NCBI GenBank assembly: GCA_037439545.1
Contig: JBBIVV010000007.1
Span: 26,259 to 51,429, forward strand
DNA from: a bacterium
Lineage (GTDB): Bacteria; JAMCPX01
Direction of reading: 5' to 3'
DNA length: 25,171 nucleotides
Under the pieces are notes generated by a model. It did no database searches, had not been told where the DNA came from, and saw only the letters and a list, made by a program, of their open reading frames with translations. The first letter of the stretch is position 1, and each line of letters begins with the position of its first letter. Below are positions 17,404 through 25,171 of the stretch, one piece after another. The translations under genes were made by a program, and so were the position numbers.

Positions 17404-18755
17404 TGGAAATAAAACATGAGGTGAGCTTACGGCAGCAGCTCGAACTGACACCGCAATTGATCCAGGCCCTGCGCCTGCTCCAGTTGACAAGGCTTGAACT
17501 CGAGCAGGAACTGAAAACCGAGCTTGAAGCCAACCCGTTCCTCGAAGAGGAGCAGGCAGAACACGAGGCCGTCGAAGCAGATGCCCCTACGACAATGTAC
17601 GACAACATCTCTGTCCGCAAGGAACACAGGGCTTTCGAGAAAAGGGAAGAAGACCCGATAGAAAATACGGCACACAGGGACATGGGACTGCATGATTACT
17701 TATTATGGCAGCTCGGGCTTTCGGTAAATACAGACATGGAGATCCAGATTGGCGAGGCAATAATCGGCAACATAAATGACGAAGGGTATCTTTCTGCATC
17801 CGTCGAGGATATCACTTCATTTACAGGCGCGGCTATCGGAGACGTGGAGAGTGTCCTGAAAAGGGTCCAGGACCTCGATCCCTCAGGCATAGGTGCACGG
17901 GACCTGAAAGAATGCCTTTTAATCCAGATACGGCATCTGGGCATAGACGACCCGGTAATCAACGGTATTGTCGCAGACCACCTGATCGACCTCGAGAAAA
18001 AAGATTATAACTTTATAGCAAAAGCCCTGTCTGCAGCACCCGACCTCGTCATCACAGCGGCACAGACAATATCACATCTGAACCCAAAGCCCGGTTATTC
18101 TTACAGCTCCGGGGAAGAAGACTACATCATGCCCGACGTGATGGTAATAAAAAGGGACGATAGTCTTATCGTGGAGCTGGTTGAAGAGGGCATTCCGCGG
18201 CTGATGACATCCGATTACTATGCAAGGAAGCTGCTCCATGAGAGCAGTCATAACGATGAGGCAAAGAGATTTATCAAAGAGAAGATGCAGGGGGCAAAGT
18301 GGCTTATCAAGGCCGTAGAGCAGAGAAAGAACACCATTAAAAAGGTCGTCGGGGCTATCGTAGAGAGACAGAAGGCATTCTTCGAATACGGAGAAAAATA
18401 TCTCGAACCGATGGTCTTGAAGGACATTGCAGCAGACATAGGCGTCCATGAGACGACGGTCGGAAGGGTCACCAACGGTAAATATGTCCAAACTCAATGG
18501 GGCATGTACGAATTGAAATACTTCTTCAGCCCATCGCTCAGGACGGACAGCGGAGAACTCCTTTCGACAAAACTCGTCAAGCAGAAAATAAAAGAACTTA
18601 TCGGAAGGGAAAATGCATCAGACCCTCTTTCCGACACGGACATAGTCAGGGTCCTGAAAACGGACGGCATAAACATAGCGAGAAGGACCGTGGCAAAGTA
18701 CAGGGAGATCATGAACATAGCGCCGGTACACATACGAAGGGTAAAAGCATCTTAA
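17400..18755 (+). CDS. rpoN: RNA polymerase sigma-54 factor
   Basis: LTPQLIQALRLLQL, NPFLE, DPSGIGARDLKECLLIQ, HETTVGR, ELKYFF, RpoN box ARRTVAKYRE. Confidence 0.98.
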   Translation: MMEIKHEVSLRQQLELTPQLIQALRLLQLTRLELEQELKTELEANPFLEEEQAEHEAVEADAPTTMYDNISVRKEHRAFEKREEDPIENTAHRDMGLHDYLLWQLGLSVNTDMEIQIGEAIIGNINDEGYLSASVEDITSFTGAAIGDVESVLKRVQDLDPSGIGARDLKECLLIQIRHLGIDDPVINGIVADHLIDLEKKDYNFIAKALSAAPDLVITAAQTISHLNPKPGYSYSSGEEDYIMPDVMVIKRDDSLIVELVEEGIPRLMTSDYYARKLLHESSHNDEAKRFIKEKMQGAKWLIKAVEQRKNTIKKVVGAIVERQKAFFEYGEKYLEPMVLKDIAADIGVHETTVGRVTNGKYVQTQWGMYELKYFFSPSLRTDSGELLSTKLVKQKIKELIGRENASDPLSDTDIVRVLKTDGINIARRTVAKYREIMNIAPVHIRRVKAS

Positions 18756-20947
18756 TGGCTCAAAAAATTAATAAGCAAAATAACGTCATAGTAACGGACA
18801 TCATAGCCCTGTTGATCCTGTCGGTCTCCGTATTTGTCATGCTGAGTCTGCTTACCTATGATGCCGGGGACGCAACATTATTCAACAAATTGGACAGCAG
18901 TGTATACCATAATGCTGCAGGCCGCATCGGTGCAAACATCGCAGATCTCCTGTTCATAATATTCGGATTGCCGGCATACATCGTAAGCGTATTCGGGATA
19001 GTAGTATTTTTCGCCATAATACTGAAACAGAAATGGGAACACCGGTGGACACGTATCACGGGACTATCGCTGCTGGTCCTGTCGCTGTCCTTTACCATTT
19101 CATCTATCGCTGCTTTGTTTTCCGCTTCAAGCCAGAACCACCGGCAGCTCTCGATCCTCGGGATCTCTAATCTCAGGAACACGGGGGGTATAATCGGTTA
19201 TTCCATAACACAGTGGCTTCACCCTTACCTCGGGGCCACGGGTACTATCATTGTTGCCGTTACACTCCTGCTTATATCCGTAATCCTCCTGCTCAGGAGG
19301 CCTATAACGCAATTTCTGGTATTTCTGCTTCATTCTATTGCGGTTGTAACAAGCAAAACAAAAACTGCCATGGTCGTATGGAGAGAAAAACGGAAAAGAA
19401 TTAAAGAGAAGCTCGATATAAAGGACAAGGAGCACGAAATCGTGATCCAGCCGCCGAAGAAAAAAGCCGGTCCGCCCGTTCATGAGGAGCACAAAAGGGA
19501 AGAACCAATTCAGGAAGTCATGTTCAAGGACATGCCGGGAGAATTCAAAAAGCCATCCTTAACGTTGCTGGATGATTATGAGGCAAGGGACATCGAATAT
19601 GACACCTCTTCGCTCCAGTTCAATGCACGCACTCTCGAGAAGAAGCTGTCAGATTTCAATGTAAACGGAAAGGTGACCAATATCAGGCCGGGACCCGTAA
19701 TCACGATGTATGAGTTCGAGCCTGCTGCCGGCGTAAAAGTAAGCCAGATAATGAACCTCTCGGACGATCTTGCACTTGCAATGAAAGTGCCGAGCGTGCG
19801 CATCCAGCCGCATCTCGTCGACAAATCCGCAGTGGGCATAGAAGTACCCAATGCTTCAAGGAGGATCGTTTATCTGAAAGAGGTCCTGCAATCGAAGAAA
19901 TTCCATGAGAGTTCATCCGTCCTTACGATATGTCTCGGCGTGGATACTACCGGGGATCCCGTTATTACCGATCTCGCAAAAATGCCACACCTCCTCATAG
20001 GAGGCTCGACAAATTCCGGGAAGAGCGTGACCATGAATGCCATTATCATGAGCTTTCTATTCAAGTCAACGCCGGACGAGCTGAAGCTGATACTCGTGGA
20101 CCCGAAGATGCTCGAATTCTCCGCTTATAACGATATCCCCCACCTGCTTCACGAGGTAATAACCGAACCCAAGAAAGCGACCCGTATTTTAAAGTGGGCA
20201 ACGGAAGAAATGGACAGGAGATACAGTATCATAAACCAGGCAGGAGCGCGGAACCTGGCAGTTTACAACCAGATGATACGGACAAAAAAACTGCACGAGG
20301 ACGGGATCATGGAGATGCCGAAAATCGTGATCATTATTGACGAGCTTTCCGACCTCATGTTTACCGCACCCAAAGAGGTAGAAGACTATATCATCAGGCT
20401 CTCCCAGAAAGCGCGTGCAGCGGGCATTCACATCATATTCGCGACACAGAGGCCTTCCGTCGACGTCATAACAGGGACCATCAAATCCAACTTTTCGTCA
20501 AGGATAGCATTGAAAGTGCCCCAGAAAACCGATTCAAGGATAATCCTGGACCAGTCCGGCGCAGAGGAACTCCTGGGCGCCGGCGATATGCTGTTCATAC
20601 CTCCGGGAGGCTCTCAGCCGGTAAGGGTGCATGGTGCATACGTGTCGGATACCGAAGTCATGCGCGTCACAGAATATCTCAAGAAAATAAGAAAGCCGTC
20701 TTATGAAATCCAGTTTACCGAGGAAACGGCAGAGAACAATGGACAGGACAACAGCCTTGCCGATGAGCTGTATCCAAAGGCTATTGAGATCATCAAGGAG
20801 AGCGGCTATACGTCCATATCCCTGATACAGAGAAGGCTGAGGGTAGGATATAACAGGGCTGCAAGGATGGTCGAGCAGATGGAGAAGGACGGCATCATCT
20901 CGCGGAGCAGCGATAGCGGAAATAAAAATTTCATCGTTTCCAAATAG
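18755..20947 (+). CDS. ftsK: DNA translocase FtsK
   Basis: N-terminal TM domain (N..G..GA..AD), GPVIT.YE, GIEVPN, DLAKMPHLLIGGSTNSGKS, DPKMLE, IDEL, RAAGIH...ATQRPSVDVITG, gamma domain QRRLRVGYNRAAR. Start set at ATG 18755 (TAATG overlap with the rpoN stop); the track's 18497 start lies inside rpoN. Confidence 0.97.
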   Translation: MAQKINKQNNVIVTDIIALLILSVSVFVMLSLLTYDAGDATLFNKLDSSVYHNAAGRIGANIADLLFIIFGLPAYIVSVFGIVVFFAIILKQKWEHRWTRITGLSLLVLSLSFTISSIAALFSASSQNHRQLSILGISNLRNTGGIIGYSITQWLHPYLGATGTIIVAVTLLLISVILLLRRPITQFLVFLLHSIAVVTSKTKTAMVVWREKRKRIKEKLDIKDKEHEIVIQPPKKKAGPPVHEEHKREEPIQEVMFKDMPGEFKKPSLTLLDDYEARDIEYDTSSLQFNARTLEKKLSDFNVNGKVTNIRPGPVITMYEFEPAAGVKVSQIMNLSDDLALAMKVPSVRIQPHLVDKSAVGIEVPNASRRIVYLKEVLQSKKFHESSSVLTICLGVDTTGDPVITDLAKMPHLLIGGSTNSGKSVTMNAIIMSFLFKSTPDELKLILVDPKMLEFSAYNDIPHLLHEVITEPKKATRILKWATEEMDRRYSIINQAGARNLAVYNQMIRTKKLHEDGIMEMPKIVIIIDELSDLMFTAPKEVEDYIIRLSQKARAAGIHIIFATQRPSVDVITGTIKSNFSSRIALKVPQKTDSRIILDQSGAEELLGAGDMLFIPPGGSQPVRVHGAYVSDTEVMRVTEYLKKIRKPSYEIQFTEETAENNGQDNSLADELYPKAIEIIKESGYTSISLIQRRLRVGYNRAARMVEQMEKDGIISRSSDSGNKNFIVSK

Positions 20948-20956
20948 GAGGATAGA

Positions 20957-21628
20957 ATGAATAAAATTACGGCATTCACAGGTATAGTTATGAGCACCAT
21001 GTTTTGCGTTAACGCAATGGCCGGCATGAGTGCAAAGGACGTTGCATCGAAGGTGCAGGCACTCTATGATAAAACATCGTCCCTGCAATCGGATTTCGTA
21101 CAAACGGCAAGGATGAAAACACTGGACATCTCCGAGCAGGACAAGGGTATCGTGTACATGAAAAAAGACGGCAAGATAAGATGGGAATACAAAAAGCCGA
21201 AAGAACAGCTCATCGTAAGCAACGGGAAGACACTATGGTTTTACCTGCCGTCGGACAAGCAGGTGATCATTGGCAGTTTTGACAAATCATTTAAATACAA
21301 GCCGACACAGACCTTTCTTACGGGAATGGGCAGGATCCTCGAAGATTTCAATGTAAAATTCGACAAGGCCGCTGAATTCCCGGGCATCAAAGGCGCTTAC
21401 GTGCTCCAGCTCCTCCCCAAAAAAGACTACGAAGGAGCGCCTGCAAAAATATTAATCGCCGTAAATAAAAAGGATTTTCTAATCACGAAAAGCATTGTAA
21501 TCGATAAATTGGGCAACCATACGGAAATAGATTTTAACAATGCGAAATTGAATACCCCGATGCCGGACAGTCTTTTCGTATTTACACCACCGAAGGATGC
21601 GGAGATTGTCCACAGCCCGGTACAGTAG
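20957..21628 (+). CDS. lolA: Outer-membrane lipoprotein chaperone LolA
   Basis: Signal peptide ending AMA; F.Q...G.VY.KK.GKIRWEY..P.EQLIVSNGKTLWFY.P..KQV, D..GN.T.I.F, F.F.PP..A.I; downstream of ftsK; GGAGG RBS. Confidence 0.9.
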   Translation: MNKITAFTGIVMSTMFCVNAMAGMSAKDVASKVQALYDKTSSLQSDFVQTARMKTLDISEQDKGIVYMKKDGKIRWEYKKPKEQLIVSNGKTLWFYLPSDKQVIIGSFDKSFKYKPTQTFLTGMGRILEDFNVKFDKAAEFPGIKGAYVLQLLPKKDYEGAPAKILIAVNKKDFLITKSIVIDKLGNHTEIDFNNAKLNTPMPDSLFVFTPPKDAEIVHSPVQ

Positions 21629-21689
21629 AGGCACTGCGACGAATCCAAAAACAGGGTAACGGGTAATGACAGGAAAATGAATCCACCGT

Positions 21690-22466
21690 ATGAAGTCAAT
21701 ACTGCTCGATAAACGCACCAGGCACACCGCCGTCATAACAATCGACAATCCGGACAAGCAGAATGCACTCGATGCCGGTATGTTGAAGGATCTTACTGCT
21801 ACGCTCAGAGAGGTCGAGTATGATAAAGCCTCGCAGGTCCTCTATATAATAGGCTCCGGAGACACGGCTTTCTCTACGGGTGTACTGCTGAAGCCTCTCA
21901 TCGAGTTTTCCGATCAATCGGACGCACGGGCCTTTGCAGAACTGCTCGAATCGACCATGGACACACTTTTTAATTTTCCGAAACCCGTCCTTGCCCTGAT
22001 CAACGGCTATGCCCTTGGCGGCGGCTTCGGCATTGCTCTGTCATCGGACATACGGGTCATCACCGAACGCAGCAGGATAGGGTTCCCTGCAGTAAAAATC
22101 GGGGCGATACTCCCGTCCGGCTGCACCTACCGGCTGCTGGAACTTGCCGGCGCCGGATACACAAAAGAGCTTCTGCTCACCGGCAGACAGGTCACTGCAG
22201 AAGAAGCATTGAGCATGGGACTTGTAAATCATATTGTAAAAGACAGAGAGGCACTCTTCTCGAAAGCCGATGAGCTTGCAAAACAGATTATGGAGGGTGC
22301 GCCGCAGGCACTTGCGATGACAAAAGCAACGGTAAACCACCATACCGGTGAACTGACGCATAGATACAATCTCTACGCACCGGACAATTTCGCATACCTG
22401 TCTTCTACAAAGGAATGGCATGCCCGCATATCGGCATTTTTAAACAGGAAAAACAACAAAGGTTAG
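21690..22466 (+). CDS. Enoyl-CoA hydratase/isomerase (crotonase-fold) protein, atypical
   Basis: ITIDNPDKQNAL, KPVLALINGYALGGG, ELLLTGRQVTAEEALSMGLVN, APQAL...K. Confidence 0.9.
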   Translation: MKSILLDKRTRHTAVITIDNPDKQNALDAGMLKDLTATLREVEYDKASQVLYIIGSGDTAFSTGVLLKPLIEFSDQSDARAFAELLESTMDTLFNFPKPVLALINGYALGGGFGIALSSDIRVITERSRIGFPAVKIGAILPSGCTYRLLELAGAGYTKELLLTGRQVTAEEALSMGLVNHIVKDREALFSKADELAKQIMEGAPQALAMTKATVNHHTGELTHRYNLYAPDNFAYLSSTKEWHARISAFLNRKNNKG

Positions 22467-22471
22467 TCTCC

Positions 22472-23803
22472 ATGCCGAATAAGAATATTTCCATAATACC
22501 TCTTGGGTGCCCCAAGAATGATGTCGACAGCGAATTGATAGCCGGTACATTGAAGAAATCCGGTTACACTGTCCACTGGGACACTTTTTCGGGAGATACA
22601 GTTATAATCAATACCTGCGGCTTTATAAAGGACGCAATCGACGAGTCCCTGGATACCATCATGCAGGCAATACGGGCAAAAAAGGAAGGCAGGATAAAAA
22701 AGATCGTCGTGACAGGCTGTCTGTCTCAAAGGTTCGGCGGTAAGCTCTCTTCACAGCTCGAGGATGTAGACCTGTTTTTAGGCGTCAATGGCTTCGAGAA
22801 CCTGCCGGATTTAATCAGGCAAAACAACAGGCACGGCTCATTCGTCGGAAAGGCGTTTACCGCATATCCGGAGCAGACCGAAAGACTTGCCTATCAGAGA
22901 ACACATTCCGTTTATCTGAAAATAGCCGACGGGTGCAACAATAACTGCTCATATTGTGTCATTCCCTTTATCAAAGGCAGATTGAAGAGCAGGGAAATAG
23001 ATGACATTGTGCATGAGGCCAAAACGCTCGTCGATAAGGGTGCAGTAGAACTGAGCATCATAGCACAGGACACCTTGAATTTCGGCGCCGACAGAGGAAA
23101 GAACGAGCTTATCAAACTGCTTTCAGCACTCGAGAAGATCCACGGCTTGAAATGGATAAGACTCAACTATCTTTATCCTTCCCATATTACCGATGAGCTC
23201 CTGACATTCATCAGTCACAGCGATAAGGTCCTGAAGTATTTTGACATCCCAATTCAGCACGTGTCCGACCGCATTCTGAAGCTGATGAACAGGAAAACGA
23301 CGTCGGACACTATAAAACGGATCATTGATAAGATAGAGAAAAACATAGAAACACCATTCTTCAGGACAACAGTCATCGCGGGTTTTCCCGGGGAAACAGA
23401 CAATGATTTCGATGAACTCCTAAACTTTTTCAACGACCATCCATTCCACCGCATCGGCGTATTTCCCTACTCTGCTGAAGAGCCTGCTGTTGCATCAGGG
23501 CTCAAGGACCGTATACCACAGCGTATGATAACCGAACGGCTGAACAGGATAAATGATCTGGCACACAAGATAATGACCGGTCTGTCTTCGGATTTCCTTG
23601 ATAAGACCTATGATTCATTGATCGAAGGGCCTGACCCTTCTGATCCGACCACCACCCTTGCAAGACCATGGTTCTTTGCGCCTGAGATCGACGGCTATAT
23701 ACTTATCTACCATCCGGTCGGGAAACCAACCGGACAGTTTGCACGTATCAGAATAACCGATGCACTCGGCGTTGACCTCGTGGGTGAGCTTGCCGGCTCA
23801 TAA
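22472..23803 (+). CDS. rimO: Ribosomal protein S12 methylthiotransferase
   Basis: LGCPKNDVDSE, NTCGFI, VTGCL.QR, YLKIADGCNNNCSYC (radical SAM), AQD, YLYP, APEIDG. Start set at ATG 22472. Confidence 0.95.
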   Translation: MPNKNISIIPLGCPKNDVDSELIAGTLKKSGYTVHWDTFSGDTVIINTCGFIKDAIDESLDTIMQAIRAKKEGRIKKIVVTGCLSQRFGGKLSSQLEDVDLFLGVNGFENLPDLIRQNNRHGSFVGKAFTAYPEQTERLAYQRTHSVYLKIADGCNNNCSYCVIPFIKGRLKSREIDDIVHEAKTLVDKGAVELSIIAQDTLNFGADRGKNELIKLLSALEKIHGLKWIRLNYLYPSHITDELLTFISHSDKVLKYFDIPIQHVSDRILKLMNRKTTSDTIKRIIDKIEKNIETPFFRTTVIAGFPGETDNDFDELLNFFNDHPFHRIGVFPYSAEEPAVASGLKDRIPQRMITERLNRINDLAHKIMTGLSSDFLDKTYDSLIEGPDPSDPTTTLARPWFFAPEIDGYILIYHPVGKPTGQFARIRITDALGVDLVGELAGS

Positions 23804-23851
23804 TCCTTATCAATAACCCTGCCCTGCTTTTTCCCGTTTCCGTGGGATCCA

Positions 23852-23879
23852 TGGAACCTTTTTACCACCCTGTCGTTAA
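23852..23879 (+). promoter_or_regulatory. Putative ECF-sigma promoter
   Basis: TGGAAC (23852-23857), N16, CGTTAA (23874-23879), followed by RBS AAGGAGG and ATG 23904. Confidence 0.55.
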
Positions 23880-23903
23880 ATACTATAAGAGAAGGAGGAC
23901 TTT

Positions 23904-25171
23904 ATGAAACGGTTTTTTATATTGCTTATTGTTTCAGCGGTTTTCTTAGTTCCCATGTTCGCGAGCGGGAATTCCACCGGCGACGCGAGAATAAGCCTGG
24001 TTTCAGGGAACGTCGCCATACAGGGTGATGACACCGACAACCAGTGGCAGTCTGTTTCGATAAACATGCCCGTTATGCAGGACGACACATTCTGGATCCC
24101 CCAGGACGGAAAAGTGGAGATTCAGTTCTACGGTAGTTCATATCTCAGGGCAGATCAGGACACCGAGTTTCAGGTAACGGCAATTGACGACTCTTCAAAA
24201 ACAATCACGATAAACGTTCAGAGCGGCAGGGTTTACCTTGACAGAGAGGGGAGATCTGAAGGATCAATTTTCCAGATTGACACATCCCTTGTTTCCGTCA
24301 ATGCAGACCGCAGTGCAAAGTTCGACGTCAATATGCGTACGGATGGTGTAGCGGAGGTTTCAGTGATCTCAGGCAGTGTCAGTATTGACTCAGGATCAGG
24401 AAGCACGAGGATCAATGCGGGAAACTTGCTTGCGGTAAGCGGCAGCGGAACTGCCGAGGTATCGTCTTACATTCCCGATGACGATTGGATGAACTGGAAC
24501 GCCTCACAGAATTACATACTCGAAAAGGAGTCCAGGAGTACAGCATACCTTCCCCCTGAAATTTCAGACTACAGCTATGAACTCGATAACAACGGCAATT
24601 GGACATACCTTGCCGGTTACGGCTACGTATGGTCACCTGTTATCGTAACACCAGGGTGGGCACCTTACAGTGCCGGCAGATGGACGTGGATACATGGAAG
24701 TTATGTCTGGGTATCCTATGAAACATGGGGATGGGTCCCTTATCATTACGGCAGATGGGCATTCAGGCCTGGATTTGGATGGTTCTGGGTTCCGCCTGTT
24801 GCACAGCAGGCTTTCTGGTGCCCGGGTTATGTCGCATGGATCTATACGCCTGCGTATGTTTCATGGGTCCCGCTGGCCCCAGGCGAGGTATATTACGGGT
24901 ATGGGTATTATGGTCCTCACAGTGTGAATCTCATAAATGTCAGCATCAATAACGTCGTGATCACACATGCATACCTGAATGCAGGGGTAACCAATGCCGT
25001 TACATCAGTGAGCAAGGAAACGTTTGCTTCAGGCAGCGCCTATCGCAAGCTAAAAATTCCTGAGAATCCATTTATCAATGGCAGGAATGTTGTCGTAGAA
25101 AGACCGCCTCAAATGCAGCCTACACCGGCAAGGATGATTACAAGACCTCAAGGACAGGCAAGACAGTTCAG
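23904..25171 (+). CDS. Secreted FecR-like + DUF6600-like protein, 3'-truncated by the window edge
   Basis: Hand translation is open to the end: MKRFFILLIVSAVFLVPMFA signal; ARISLVSGNV...W...INMPV...D..W...DGKVEIQF (FecR-like); ELDNNGNW...YGYVWSP...GWAPY..GRW.W...YVWVSYETWGWVPYHYGRW...GWFWVP...WCPGYVAW...WVPLAPGE (DUF6600-like); Pro/Gln-rich tail. Missing from the ORF track because there is no stop. Confidence 0.85.
   Translation, partial: MKRFFILLIVSAVFLVPMFASGNSTGDARISLVSGNVAIQGDDTDNQWQSVSINMPVMQDDTFWIPQDGKVEIQFYGSSYLRADQDTEFQVTAIDDSSKTITINVQSGRVYLDREGRSEGSIFQIDTSLVSVNADRSAKFDVNMRTDGVAEVSVISGSVSIDSGSGSTRINAGNLLAVSGSGTAEVSSYIPDDDWMNWNASQNYILEKESRSTAYLPPEISDYSYELDNNGNWTYLAGYGYVWSPVIVTPGWAPYSAGRWTWIHGSYVWVSYETWGWVPYHYGRWAFRPGFGWFWVPPVAQQAFWCPGYVAWIYTPAYVSWVPLAPGEVYYGYGYYGPHSVNLINVSINNVVITHAYLNAGVTNAVTSVSKETFASGSAYRKLKIPENPFINGRNVVVERPPQMQPTPARMITRPQGQARQF

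Noticed and set aside
18497..18754. 86-aa N-terminal extension of FtsK in the ORF track
   Set aside because: It overlaps the conserved RpoN C-terminus in another frame; ATG 18755 gives a normal FtsK with TAATG coupling.
19998..20030. FtsK Walker A variant GSTNSGKS
   Set aside because: It still fits GxxxxGKS and all other motor motifs are intact, so there is no sign of inactivation.
24670..24952. Two short plus-strand ORFs (85 aa, 75 aa)
   Set aside because: They are alternative frames inside the DUF6600-like coding region starting at 23904.
1..25171. CRISPR arrays, tRNA/rRNA, transposases/integrases, defence genes and sigma54 -24/-12 promoters
   Set aside because: None seen by eye. Intergenic gaps are short, and the TGGCAC hits (minus strand near 1817-1822 and 12011-12016) lack a correctly spaced TTGC.

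Overview
Mostly core-genome, cell-envelope-focused bacterial DNA from a diderm (LPS-producing) organism with deltaproteobacterial-like gene order (inference). In order: ctpA (S41 protease), ftsB, a ~165-bp inverted-repeat element, a six-TM GAF-GAF-GGDEF diguanylate cyclase and pdxJ; a convergent acyl-CoA dehydrogenase; kdsB-pyrG; a ~3.5-kb islet (degenerate ROK protein and DUF4833-like secreted protein on the minus strand, ArnT/GT39-like glycosyltransferase on the plus strand); then kdsA-kdsD-kdsC-lpxL-lptC-lptA-lptB-rpoN-ftsK-lolA, an atypical crotonase and rimO; and a 3'-truncated FecR-like/DUF6600-like secreted protein that the ORF track missed. No rRNA, tRNA, CRISPR array, transposase or integrase was seen. 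The best leads are (1) an ftsB-linked DmxA-like cyclase, suggesting division-coupled c-di-GMP signalling, (2) a MITE-like element with perfect terminal inverted repeats and a TAAA duplication between those two genes, and (3) the ROK/DUF4833/ArnT islet inside the Kdo cluster. All calls come from reading motifs by eye; no searches were run.
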